From Candidatus Marinacidobacterales bacterium (GTDB lineage: Bacteria; Acidobacteriota; Vicinamibacteria; Marinacidobacterales; SMYC01): 64,000 nucleotides of DNA. The DNA lies in NCBI GenBank assembly GCA_965224085.1, contig CBDCYI010000004.1, forward strand, positions 1,568,001-1,632,000, in the 5' to 3' direction. Both the position numbers and the translations under genes were made by a program. Positions 30,204 to 40,562 of the stretch are shown here, piece by piece (within the stretch, counting starts at the first letter, position 1; each line of letters starts with the position of its first letter). Below the pieces are notes generated by a model. The model was not told where the DNA came from, ran no database searches, and saw only the letters and a list, made by a program, of their open reading frames with translations.

Positions 30204-30293
30204 TGGCGGAGGGGGTGGGATTCGAACCCACGGTACCGTTGCCGGTACACTAGCTTTCCGGGCTAGCCAGATAAGCCACTCTTGCACCCCTCC
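30204..30293 (-). tRNA. tRNA-Ser (GGA)
   Basis: GGAGGGG acceptor, CTAGC-CCGGAAA-GCTAG, long variable arm, ends GCCA; 90 nt. Confidence 0.9.
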
Positions 30294-30338
30294 TCCAGGC
30301 TCGTGCTCAGGCAAGGGGCAATTATACCGCAGGCGGAC

Positions 30339-33300
30339 TTACCGGGCCTCGCGGACTTCTCGCGCTTGGATCTCCGCTCCCTCGTGGAGCCCGGAGCCCG
30401 AGCGATCCGCGCGGCGCCGGCGCCATCGATCCGGGATGGTGGTCAAAGCATCGGAGAGCGAGTCCAGGCTGTGATAGGTAACGGGCACGACGACAAGGGT
30501 CAAGACCGTGGCGACCGTTAAACCGAAGATCACAGCCACGCCCATCGGCCCCCACCACTGTGAGGACTGGCCTCCGGGGCTCAGCGCGCCGCGGAAGAAG
30601 TCGATATTGATCCCGAGCGTCAGGGGGATGAGCCCGAGAACGGTCGTGACCGCCGTGAGCAGCACGGGCCGGAGGCGGATGATCCCGGCTTCGATCACGG
30701 CCTTGGTCTTCTCCATCCCGCTCTCACGGAGTTGACGGATGAAATCACACAGCACGATCGCGTTATTGACCACGATGCCGGCGAGCAAGATCACTCCGAT
30801 CCCCGTCATGATGATGCCGAACGGCGTCGCCGTGATGATCAAGCCCCACAAAACTCCGATGAGCGACAGAAGCACAGAGACCATGATCGTGATCGGCAGG
30901 ATGAGGGAGTCGAACTGCGTCACCAGCACGAGCGAAATGAGCAGCACCGCAATCACGAAAGCCCGCTGAAGAAAAGCCTGGGATTCTTGCTCGTCCTGAT
31001 TCGATCCCGCGAAGGACCAGCGGTAGCCCGGAGGAAAGTCGATCTTCGTGAGCCGTGCCGCGACCTCTTGCCGCACGGAATCTTCTGTCCGTCCCGGCGC
31101 GCGCACGACGTCTCCGTCGATGGTCACGACGCGCTTCAAGTCGACGCGGTTGACGGTCGCGGGGCCGACACCGGGCTCGAGCTCAACGAGCGTCCGGAGC
31201 GGAATCGGGATGCCGTCTTCATCCGGTACGGTGAGATCGCCGAGGTCGTCGAGCGAGCCGCGCGCTTCGGGAGCGAGCCGCACGGTAATATCGTACTCGT
31301 CTTCACCGATGCGATATTTCGAGGCCTCCGTGCCACGCAGCGCGGTCTGCACCGTCGTCGCGATCTCCTGAGTATTGACGCCGGCGAGCATGGCTTCGAT
31401 GCGGTCCACGCGCAGCCGCAGCTCCGGCTTGCCGCGATCCAAGTCGTCGTCGAGATTCACGAGACCGGGCACACTCCGAATGCCGGTCTTCACTTCCTGA
31501 GTGAGCCGCGCGAGCCCGTCGAAGTCATCGCCGACGATGCGGATCGTGACGGGCTTTCCAACTTGTGGGCCTTGTTGGGGCTTGTCCACTTTGATCTCCG
31601 CCCCGTCGAGATTCGTGATCGCTTCCCGCACTTCCTCCATCGTAAGGAGGGAGTTTCTTCGCTCGCGCTCCTGGCGATCGACGAGATCCAACGTAATGCG
31701 GCTGTTGTTCGAAACCCCGCCGCTACCGCCCCCGAGCACGTCACCGCCCCCGATGCTGATGCCTTTTGAGCCGATATTGGCCACGGTATGTAGAAGGTCC
31801 TTGGTATTTCCGGTTCTGGATTCGATGCGGCGCACGACTTCGTCCGAGGTCTCGAGCGTCGCGCCGCTCGGCGCCTCGACGTCCACGAAGATTTGCTCCG
31901 GGTCCATCTCCGGAAAGAACTCCATCCCCTGTCCGACAACGCCGTAAGCCACAAGAGTGAACGCGAAAAGCGCTCCCATCGTCCAAATGGCGGCCGAGCG
32001 CCGGTCGATTACGTGCTTCCAACCGGCAAGACGCGCCAGGCTCCACACGAGCCATACGGCGCCCTGGAGAGCGAAGGCGGCCGCGCCGATGCCGACGAGC
32101 CATTTCGCGACCAAGTAAATCGCCGGGTCTTGGCTCTCGAGCAGCATGGCGGCCATGATGATGAGCATCCCGAGAAACGCGAAGAGAACGAAAACCAACA
32201 CAAGCGCCCAGTTCCGGAAGAAATAGCCTGTGGTGCCTTCGTCGGGCGCGGGCTCCAGAAGCCAGCCGAGAAGCTTCCGGTAGCGGCTGAGAAACTTGCC
32301 TTCGCTTTTGCCCTTGGTCTTGGGAGGCACCGTCATGAAGTAGGCGCAAAGCGTCGGATTGAAGACGAGCGCCACGAGAAGCGAGGCGGAAAGAGCGATG
32401 ATGAGTGTAACGGGCAGGTAGGACATGAAGTTGCCCACCATGCCGGGCCAGATCAGCATCGGAGCGAAGGCACAAAGTGTTGTAATTGTGGAGGCGATGA
32501 CCGGCTTCGCGACTTCCCGCGTACCCACGGAAGCTGCGTTGATCCCGTCTTCTCCCATTTCGCGATGGCGGTAGATGTTCTCGACGATCACGACCGCATT
32601 GTCGACGAGCATCCCGAGCACGAGGATCAAGCTGAAGAGCACGATCATGTTGAGCGTGTAGCCCATCCATTGAATGCCGACGAACGAGATCAGCATCGAG
32701 AGCGGGATGGCGATGGCGACGAAGACCGAGTTCCGGAAGCCGAGGAATGCCATGAGGACGGCGACGACGAGGATCAACCCCGAGAGAATGTTGTTCTCGA
32801 GCTCGTTCACCATCTCGCGGATCTGTTGGGACTGGTCGCCGAGAATGGTGACGGCCGTGCCCTCGGGCAGAGAGGCTTGCTGGCGCGCGAGCTCCGCTTT
32901 CACGGAATCCGCGACCGCGATGAGGTTCGCCCCGGTGCGCTTCTCGACGGTGAGCGTGACCGACGGATTCTGGTCGACGCGTGAAAGCGTCGCTTCTTCT
33001 TCGAAGCCGTACTCGACATAGGCAACGTCGCGAACATAGATCGGCTCGCCATCGCGCACTTCGATCACGAAGTCTTCGATCTCCATCGGGTCGTCGATCT
33101 CCGCCGGCAAGCGAACGAGATATTTGAGCCGGCCGACCTCGATTTCGCCCCCTGGGATGTTCAAGTTCTCACGAGCGACGGACACGACGAGATCGGACAA
33201 ACTGACCTCGTAGAAAGACAAGCGCCTCGGGTCGACATAGACGTGAACCTCCCGCGTCTTGCCCCCGATGATCTGCACGCGATTGACGCCTGGGAGCGCT

Positions 33301-33791
33301 TCGAGGTCGTCTTTGAGATCTTTCGCAATATCCGTCAACCGCACGAGGCCTACTTCGCCCGCCATGCTTGCGACGAGAATCGGGATCTGTGAAATGTCCA
33401 CGTCCTGGATGCGTGGATCGTCCACCTCCGGCGGCAAATCGGCTTTGGCGAGGTCGACTTTCTCGCGCACTTTCTGAATTGCGGTGTCGAGATCCACCTC
33501 GGGATTGAACTCCACCTGAATCGACGAAAGGCTTTCGGAGCTCGTGGAACGGATTTCTTTGATGCCCGAGATCCCTTTGAGCTCCGTCTCGATGGGGCGC
33601 GTGATGAGTGTCTCCATGTCCGCGGGAGCCACCCCCGCATAGACCGTGTACACGATGATGAGTGGGATCTTGACCTCGGGAAAGGATTCCCGCGGCATCG
33701 AAACGTATGTGCTCGCGCCGACGATGACGATGAGGCCGATGAGCACATAGATCGTCAAGCGATGACGAATGCTGTATTCCGTTAAGTTCAC
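30339..33791 (-). CDS. RND efflux permease (AcrB/AcrD/AcrF family)
   Basis: GMLVDNAVVIVENIYR, GIVVNNAIV, RLRPVLLTA; 1150 aa. Confidence 0.95.
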   Translation of the reverse strand: MNLTEYSIRHRLTIYVLIGLIVIVGASTYVSMPRESFPEVKIPLIIVYTVYAGVAPADMETLITRPIETELKGISGIKEIRSTSSESLSSIQVEFNPEVDLDTAIQKVREKVDLAKADLPPEVDDPRIQDVDISQIPILVASMAGEVGLVRLTDIAKDLKDDLEALPGVNRVQIIGGKTREVHVYVDPRRLSFYEVSLSDLVVSVARENLNIPGGEIEVGRLKYLVRLPAEIDDPMEIEDFVIEVRDGEPIYVRDVAYVEYGFEEEATLSRVDQNPSVTLTVEKRTGANLIAVADSVKAELARQQASLPEGTAVTILGDQSQQIREMVNELENNILSGLILVVAVLMAFLGFRNSVFVAIAIPLSMLISFVGIQWMGYTLNMIVLFSLILVLGMLVDNAVVIVENIYRHREMGEDGINAASVGTREVAKPVIASTITTLCAFAPMLIWPGMVGNFMSYLPVTLIIALSASLLVALVFNPTLCAYFMTVPPKTKGKSEGKFLSRYRKLLGWLLEPAPDEGTTGYFFRNWALVLVFVLFAFLGMLIIMAAMLLESQDPAIYLVAKWLVGIGAAAFALQGAVWLVWSLARLAGWKHVIDRRSAAIWTMGALFAFTLVAYGVVGQGMEFFPEMDPEQIFVDVEAPSGATLETSDEVVRRIESRTGNTKDLLHTVANIGSKGISIGGGDVLGGGSGGVSNNSRITLDLVDRQERERRNSLLTMEEVREAITNLDGAEIKVDKPQQGPQVGKPVTIRIVGDDFDGLARLTQEVKTGIRSVPGLVNLDDDLDRGKPELRLRVDRIEAMLAGVNTQEIATTVQTALRGTEASKYRIGEDEYDITVRLAPEARGSLDDLGDLTVPDEDGIPIPLRTLVELEPGVGPATVNRVDLKRVVTIDGDVVRAPGRTEDSVRQEVAARLTKIDFPPGYRWSFAGSNQDEQESQAFLQRAFVIAVLLISLVLVTQFDSLILPITIMVSVLLSLIGVLWGLIITATPFGIIMTGIGVILLAGIVVNNAIVLCDFIRQLRESGMEKTKAVIEAGIIRLRPVLLTAVTTVLGLIPLTLGINIDFFRGALSPGGQSSQWWGPMGVAVIFGLTVATVLTLVVVPVTYHSLDSLSDALTTIPDRWRRRRADRSGSGLHEGAEIQAREVREAR

Positions 33792-33806
33792 GTGTGCACC
33801 ATGCTT

Positions 33807-34870
33807 TTAGAGATTGTCGGCAACGGATCGAACGCGCTGGCCGTCGACGAGATTGCGCTGGCCCGTGACGATGAGTTCGTCACCGGGCTCGAGGCCCTCG
33901 AGAACGACAGTCTCGCCTTTCTCGCTCGGCCCTGTCTTGACGTTTCGGAGCTCCGCCTTGTCTTCTTTGAGGACAAAAGCGACGTTGCCGCTATCCCGTT
34001 CGAGAATCGCGTCCCGTGGAATCACGATGACCTCTTCGTAGATCTGCTTCACGAGACGGACGCGCACGATCATCCCGGGCCGGAGCTCACCGTCGCGATT
34101 GTCGATCTTTACCTCGGCGGGGAACGAGCGGTTCTTGGCAGTCGCGGCCGGGCTCAAGAAATGTATCGTGCTTTTGAACTTGCGCTCGGGATAAGCGTCA
34201 GCTTCGACGTCGGCCTCGGCTCCGACCTTGAAGTAAGAGATGTCGTCTTCGGGGATGCCGACCACGCCTTTGAGCTTCGAGAGCTGGTGTATCGTCGTTA
34301 CGAGCGAGCCCGCGGGCACGACTTCACCCATTTCAATCTCGCGCCCGATCGCGACACCGAAGAGGGGAGCACGAATGATCGACCGCTGCACCGAAGCTTG
34401 GCTTGCTTCACCCTCGCCTCGGCCCGGCGATAGTTGGACGTCGCGGAAGTCAGATTCTGCCGGGGCACCGCTTGGCGGCTGAACAGCTCGGTCGTCTTAT
34501 TGAACTCCGACTCCGCGTGCTGAAGCTCGGCCTCGACCTCGGCGAGCGCCGCTTCGAGCAGATCCGTGCCGATACGCGCCAGGACTTGACCTTTTCTGAC
34601 GGCGCGGCCTTTGTCGAAACCGATCTCCTGCACTGTTCCGCCGAGCTCAGTTGAGACTTGGACCTCGACCCATGGCTCGAGCCTTCCCGCGAGCTGAACT
34701 TCGTCACGAAGTGTCGCTGGCTTTAGCTTCGACACGGAGACGTTCACGGGAGGCGGCTCGGGGTTTCTGTTCGTTTCAGCTTCCACTTGCGCTTGTGTGC
34801 TACAGCCCAACATGAGGGCCGCAGCAGCGAGCGCGACGAGAAGCAGTCCTATCGATATTAGCCGGCTCAA
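33807..34870 (-). CDS. RND membrane fusion protein (single frameshift near 34390)
   Basis: Two ORFs, 34298-34870 and 33807-34391, rejoin as KLRVQRSIIRAP if one G is restored. Confidence 0.85.
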
Positions 34871-36342
34871 GGTTCCTCTCCTTCTTCATCAGTGTTGTCG
34901 GCATCGGCGTCGCCTGCGCCCAGCAGAGAGCGCGACACTGCAATCACCGAGTGTGGTGCGTCGGCACGGTAGCCAACGAGAAATTTCATTTCAGCCAAGG
35001 CCACGAGGGCGTCATGGGCCGCTGTTGTCTGGTTGAGCTCCGCTTGACGGAGCGAGGCGGTCGACTGGAGCACATCGAGCGACGTCGCCGCGCCCCACTT
35101 GAGCGACTCCTCGGAAACGCGCTCCGCCTCACGAGCCTGCTCGACGGTGAGCCTCGTGACCTCGAGTGACTCGAGCGACCGAATCCAAGTGCCGCCTGCG
35201 CGCTTCAAGTTGACCGAGAGCTCGTTTTTGAACGCGTGCTCGTCATGTTCATTCTGCGTCATCTGCGAGCGGAGGGCTCCGACCTGCGAATGGACGCGGT
35301 GGCCGTCGAAGATCTTCCAATCGAACGTAACGCCCACGTTCCACGTGTGCAGCGCGAGGTCACTGACGTTTGATGCACCGAACGTGTTGACACCGAAGCC
35401 GGCATTCGCCGAGATTTGCGGCAAGAGATCGGACTTCGTCACGCCGACGCGCGCGTTGAGGACTTTCCGGTCCACCGCGTAGCGTCGGAGCTCGGGGCGA
35501 TGCTGGCCTGCGAGCTCGAGGAGCGCGCCCGTCCTCATGATTCTGGGAGCGGGGTCTTCGATACCAAGCTCCGCGACGACCTCGATGGGCGCGTCGATCG
35601 GCCGACCGAGCGTGGTGTTTACCGACGCGAGGGCGACTTGTAGATTGTTGTCGGCTACGAGGATCTCGGGCTGCAAATTTGCGAGCGCGACACGAGCGCG
35701 CAGAACATCGAGCTTGGTCGCGTCCTCGAGCTCGAACCGCGTTTGCACTTGATCGAGCTGGCGCTGGCGAGCATTTCTTTCCGTCTCGAGCACCCGCAAA
35801 TTGCTCTGCGCGAGGAGGAACGCGTAGGCGGCGCGGACCGTGTCGAGCGCGACCTGGTTCTCCAAACCCTGGACGTCGAGGTTGACGCCGCCGCGCTCCT
35901 CGCGCGCTGCCGCCATCGCGTTCGAAACGCGACCGAATGTGTAGATTGGCTGCCGCGCTTCGATGTTCCAGACGTAGTTCGAAAAGAAGAACGAGTCGAA
36001 CGCACCCGGCGGGAAATCGCCGGGATCGATCGTTTTGAAGAACGGACTATTGCTGTTGCGTAAACCCGGGTCGCGCGTCTTGCGCCAGCTCAAGAAGGCG
36101 GTGACCTCCGGAAGCGCTTCGGCGCGCGCCTCGCGCACGAGCTGACCAAACTCCTCGGTCTTTTCACGCACGCTCAGCACTTGCGGGTTGACGGCAAGCG
36201 CTAGCTCGACGGCCTCGATGAGCGTGAACGTCAAGACGTCTTGGGCAGCCTCTTCGTCCGCCACCGATGGCGATGTGAGCGCAAGGCAGACGAGTATCAA
36301 AGATGTATATCGAGAGCGTGACCTTCGTCTTGTCGCTTTCAT
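34867..36342 (-). CDS. TolC-family outer membrane factor
   Basis: Signal peptide, two OEP repeats (ALPEV / LLPQI, ATKLDVL / ATSLDVL). Confidence 0.9.
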   Translation of the reverse strand: MKATRRRSRSRYTSLILVCLALTSPSVADEEAAQDVLTFTLIEAVELALAVNPQVLSVREKTEEFGQLVREARAEALPEVTAFLSWRKTRDPGLRNSNSPFFKTIDPGDFPPGAFDSFFFSNYVWNIEARQPIYTFGRVSNAMAAAREERGGVNLDVQGLENQVALDTVRAAYAFLLAQSNLRVLETERNARQRQLDQVQTRFELEDATKLDVLRARVALANLQPEILVADNNLQVALASVNTTLGRPIDAPIEVVAELGIEDPAPRIMRTGALLELAGQHRPELRRYAVDRKVLNARVGVTKSDLLPQISANAGFGVNTFGASNVSDLALHTWNVGVTFDWKIFDGHRVHSQVGALRSQMTQNEHDEHAFKNELSVNLKRAGGTWIRSLESLEVTRLTVEQAREAERVSEESLKWGAATSLDVLQSTASLRQAELNQTTAAHDALVALAEMKFLVGYRADAPHSVIAVSRSLLGAGDADADNTDEEGEEP

Positions 36343-36365
36343 GGGATCCTCGGAGTACCTAACTA

Positions 36366-38049
36366 GTACCCGTCCTGACAGGTGTAAGAGGTTGAGAAAA
36401 AAGGGGTAATCGCAAATTTAGGGCTAGCCTTCTGAGGGAGTGTCGTTTAGTATCGAGTCGACAAAAACGCAGATTCTAAACGACTTAACTCCAAAGGAGA
36501 CCAGCCCTAAATGCGAAAAACGATCAACCCACAACCAAGCCTTCGCGAGCCCTGGCTGGAGCTGGAGCACGCACGCGAACTCGAAACGATATCATCGCTG
36601 CTCGATGCCCATCCTAAGCTCAATGAGCTGGTACTGCAAGACCTGAGGTCGGTCACCCCATCGGCAGGGAGCGATGTTGGTCGTGGGGGAATGAGCGCGG
36701 AGCAGGTTCTCCGGGCGTTGTTGGTCAAGCAGCTGAATCAGTTCACCTATCGGGAGTTGGCGTTTCACTTGGCAGACTCTCGAAGCTATCGGACGTTTTG
36801 CCAGCTCGGCATCATAGAGCCGAGCCCGTCGAAGTCGACCCTAGCAGCAAACATCAAAGCCGTGAAGTTCGAAACGCTGGAGAAAATCAACCGAGAGTTG
36901 GTGAGTGTTGCCGAGAAGACCGCGATCGAAAAAGGAAGAAAAGTACGAGTGGACTGCACGGTAGTGGAGTCGAATATTCATTCTCCTACGGACTCCGAGC
37001 TTCTTTATGACTGCGTCCGAGTTCTCACTCGCCTCATGTGCCGAACTCGCGAACTGCTGGGTACAGTAGTGGTCTTCGGCAATCGAACGCGTCGAGCGAA
37101 GAGACGTCGACTGGGAGTTCTAAACGCGAAGGATAAGGAACAAAGGCGTCGCGTCTATCGAGATCTACTGAAGGTGTCGGAAGAAACCTATCGCTCCGCT
37201 CAACGCGTTGCAGACCAGTTGGACGAGTCCGGCTTGACCGAGCCGGTGAAGCGAGCGAGTGCGGAGAAGATCGCCGCGGATTTTAAGCACTTTCTCGTCC
37301 TCACCGAAAAAGTCATCAACCAAACTCGGCGTAGAGTGATTGATGAAGAGCGTGTGCCTGCGGAGGAAAAGGTCGTTTCGATCTTCGAAGAACACACCGA
37401 CATTATTCGCAAAGACCGGCGCGAGACTCTCTACGGTCACAAGGTGTGTTTGACTGGTGGCTCGTCCTCGATGATTTTGGATTGCGTGATCTTGGATGGG
37501 AATCCGTCCGATTCAACTCTCGCGGAAACCATGATCGACCGTCAAGTCGAACTCTACGAACGGGCCCCGCGCCAGGTTGCCTACGATGGCGCGTTTTCTT
37601 CAAAGGCAAACTTGGAAGCCATCAAAGGCAAGGGAGTTGAAGATGTTGCCTTTACCAAGGCTCACTTCGCGGTGACCGATATGGTCAAGAGTTCCTGGGT
37701 CTATCAACGCCTACGGCGATTTCGCTGCGGAATCGAAGGCGTCATTTCGTTCTTGAAACGAGTCTTTGGTCTCGACCGATGCACATGGCGCTCATTGCCT
37801 TCTTTCAAATCCTACGTATGGAGTTCCATCATCACCTGCAACCTGTTGGTAATGGCAAGGAACCTATTACGATAATAATGATTGCTCTTACTGCGTTTAT
37901 AGCCATGGATTGCTGACGATTCGCCTCTCGTTTCGTCCAAGATTTTCATTCGCTTCCGAGCCTACGAGGTGCCGACTGAAAACGTATAATACCCACATCT
38001 TCGATAGGCCTCTCGTACACCACAAGTTATGGTGTTTCTGGACAGGAAC
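36366..38049 (+). mobile_element. ISNCY-family element with 6-bp TSD TAACTA
   Basis: Imperfect TIRs GTACCCGTCCTGACA / GTTCCTGTCCAGAAA; TAACTA at 36360-36365 and 38050-38055; transposase 36511-37875 (RVDCTVVESNIHSPTDS, FRCGIEGVIS). Confidence 0.9.
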
Positions 38050-38753
38050 TAACTAGGTTTTTTGAACGCGGGTACGTCACCGGCGCCGAAAAAGAAATGC
38101 TCAAGGGCCACGTCGAGCGACATAGCACTGACGCGGCGTTCGAGAGCCTCACGGCGTTCGGGGTACCGTTCGGCCAAACGGTCGACTTTGAAGCGGCAGC
38201 TCACATGGGCGTGGATCAAGTTGCCGAGCTGCTCGACAAGAAAGCTCGGGGTGACGCCGGGACGCGGCACGAACTCCCCCGAATCGATGCCGCGCTCGAA
38301 GACGCTCTGGATCCTTTGGCGCGTACCCCCGTAGAGGGACTCGAGATCTGGCGTCGGCTGGCCCTCCTGGGGTCCGTAGAGCATGCTAAACATGAACTCG
38401 ACCGCTGCAGGAGAGCGCTGGACGAGCCCGATATGGGCTTGAACGATCGATACAATGGATTCGTAAAACGGCCGGGGCGTTTCGAGAGCGCGGGCAACCT
38501 CCGATTCGAGGCTCGTCATCACGATCTCCGCGACTTTCAGGTGGAGGTTTTCCTTACTCTTGAAGTAGTAGCTGACGAGAGGTGCCGTGACGTTCACCTC
38601 GGCAGCAATGCCTCGAAGGGTCGTGGCCGCATAACCGCGGCGCCCAAAGCACCGCATAGCATGCTTCAAGATGAGCCGCTCGATGGCCGAGTGCTCCTCC
38701 GATTCCCCAGGCTGGGTGGCTTCGATCTCATGCAGTAAATTTAATGTCGTCAA
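38049..38753 (-). CDS. TetR/AcrR-family regulator
   Basis: FGRRGYAATTLRGIAAEVNVTAPLVSYYFKSKENL HTH. Confidence 0.92.
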   Translation of the reverse strand: MTTLNLLHEIEATQPGESEEHSAIERLILKHAMRCFGRRGYAATTLRGIAAEVNVTAPLVSYYFKSKENLHLKVAEIVMTSLESEVARALETPRPFYESIVSIVQAHIGLVQRSPAAVEFMFSMLYGPQEGQPTPDLESLYGGTRQRIQSVFERGIDSGEFVPRPGVTPSFLVEQLGNLIHAHVSCRFKVDRLAERYPERREALERRVSAMSLDVALEHFFFGAGDVPAFKKPS

Positions 38754-38781
38754 TGCTTTACCGTCTCCACATCAAGAGAAA

Positions 38782-38817
38782 TTAAACGATCGTTAATTCA
38801 GTTTAACGCTCGTTTAA
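38782..38817. promoter_or_regulatory. Two tandem palindromic TetR operators
   Basis: TTAAACGATCGTTAAT and TTTAACGCTCGTTTAA directly upstream of tetR. Confidence 0.7.
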
Positions 38818-38912
38818 AAAGTGTGCAAAACTTTCGGTCTCGTCTCGACGAAGCCAAAGTGAACAGCGTGGGCGAAGTCGGATACACTCTGCGACTCGAG
38901 GTGGATGGACAG

Positions 38913-40532
38913 ATGCGTTCACGAATAGGCTCCTTGCTGCTTTTCGCACTCACTCTAGTCACGGCCGGTCCGTCGGCGGGAGAGTCGGCCATACGTTTCC
39001 GGCTCTCATATCCGAAGGAGGTCCATGCGGGGCCGATCACCGGGAGAGCCTTCGTCATGATTTCGCGCACGAACGAGAAAGAGCCCCGGCTTCAAGTCGG
39101 CCGCACCGGCGTGCCGTTTTTCGGGCGGGACTTCGGCAACGTTTTACCCGCTGAAGTAATCGAGCTCGACGAAAGCGATCTAGGCAGCCCCGTAGGCTCC
39201 CTCTCCGAGATCCCGCCCGGCGACTATTTCGTGCAAGGCTTCATCAACGTTTATTCCGAGTTCCCGCGCGCCGACGGTCACACGGTATGGATGCATGACG
39301 ACCAATGGGAAGGCCAGCGCTTTTGGATCTCTTCCGGAAACCTGCATAGCGTGCCGGTGCGGCTCACGCTCGACGCCGAAGCCGGCTACGATCACGAGCT
39401 CGTCCTCGACCAAATCATCCCGGAGGTCGAGCTCCCGCCGGACACCGATTGGGTTAAACGCTTTCGTTTCGAGAGCGAGATCTTGACGAAGTTCTGGGGA
39501 AGGCCGATCCATCTCGGCGCCACCGTGCTTCTGCCGCGCGACTACGAGCGCGAACGCATCGACTACCCCGTCGTCTACTACCAGGGGCACTTCTCCATCG
39601 AAGATCCGATGCGATGGAAGGAGGGCGAGGACTTCAATCGCGCGTGGAACCGCGACCACTTCCCACGCATGATCGTGGTGACATTTCAGGATCCCACCCC
39701 TTATTTCGACACGTCGTACTCCGTGAACTCGGTCAATGTCGGGCCCTATGGCGACGCGATCCTCGAAGAGCTCATCCCGGAGATCGAGCGTCGATTTCGC
39801 GTCATCGACGAGCCGTATGCGCGGATTCTGACGGGTGGCTCGACGGGGGGTTGGGAAGCGCTCGCGATGCAGATCTTTCATCCCGACTTCTTCGGCGGGA
39901 CCTTCGCCTATGCGCCCGACCCGGTGACCTTCACCAATGTCGAGGGCATCAATATTTATGAAGACGTCAATGCCTTCTACAAGCAGCACGAGTGGCGCCG
40001 AGTGTCGATCGCCAATACGCGCGAGACCAATGGTGAGATTCGCCTGACGTCCAAACAACGGAACACCTTCGAGCTCGTCTCGGGCACGAAAGGCCGCTCT
40101 GGTCAGCAGCTCGACATCTGGTCCGCTGTTTTCGGGCCGCTCGGTGACGACGGATTTTTCAAGCCGCTCTTCGACAAGCGCTCGGGGAAAATCGATCCGG
40201 AGGTCGCACAATATTGGCTGGAGAACTACGACTTACTTCACCACCTGAAGAACAACTGGGCGAGCCTCGGCCCGAAGCTCTTCGGAAAGGTGCACGTCTA
40301 TTGCGGCGATATGGATAACTACTATTTGAACGTCGCGGTGAAAGCGCTCCAGGACTGGATGCGGCAGACGGAGAACCCGCACTACCCAGGGATCTTCGTT
40401 TGGGGTGACGGTGCCGGACACCGCTTCGGACGCGAGTTCAGCACCGAGGCAGAGCGCATCCGCCGTATGGCGGAGCACGTAATCTCGAAGCGCCCGGACG
40501 GCGCCCCGCACCCTTGGTGGTCGTTTGAGTAG
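38913..40532 (+). CDS. Secreted alpha/beta hydrolase (esterase-like)
   Basis: Signal peptide, GGSTGG nucleophile elbow, HPDFFGG, GDMDNYYL. Confidence 0.8.
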   Translation: MRSRIGSLLLFALTLVTAGPSAGESAIRFRLSYPKEVHAGPITGRAFVMISRTNEKEPRLQVGRTGVPFFGRDFGNVLPAEVIELDESDLGSPVGSLSEIPPGDYFVQGFINVYSEFPRADGHTVWMHDDQWEGQRFWISSGNLHSVPVRLTLDAEAGYDHELVLDQIIPEVELPPDTDWVKRFRFESEILTKFWGRPIHLGATVLLPRDYERERIDYPVVYYQGHFSIEDPMRWKEGEDFNRAWNRDHFPRMIVVTFQDPTPYFDTSYSVNSVNVGPYGDAILEELIPEIERRFRVIDEPYARILTGGSTGGWEALAMQIFHPDFFGGTFAYAPDPVTFTNVEGINIYEDVNAFYKQHEWRRVSIANTRETNGEIRLTSKQRNTFELVSGTKGRSGQQLDIWSAVFGPLGDDGFFKPLFDKRSGKIDPEVAQYWLENYDLLHHLKNNWASLGPKLFGKVHVYCGDMDNYYLNVAVKALQDWMRQTENPHYPGIFVWGDGAGHRFGREFSTEAERIRRMAEHVISKRPDGAPHPWWSFE

Positions 40533-40562
40533 GGCTCGAGCGCCTGCGTTAGAATATCCGCG

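Noticed and set aside
34380-34400. Programmed frameshift in the membrane fusion protein
   Set aside because: No slippery heptamer. It is a one-base loss in a short G run, like the shifts near 9455, 22015 and 46930, so sequencing error or simple mutation is more likely.
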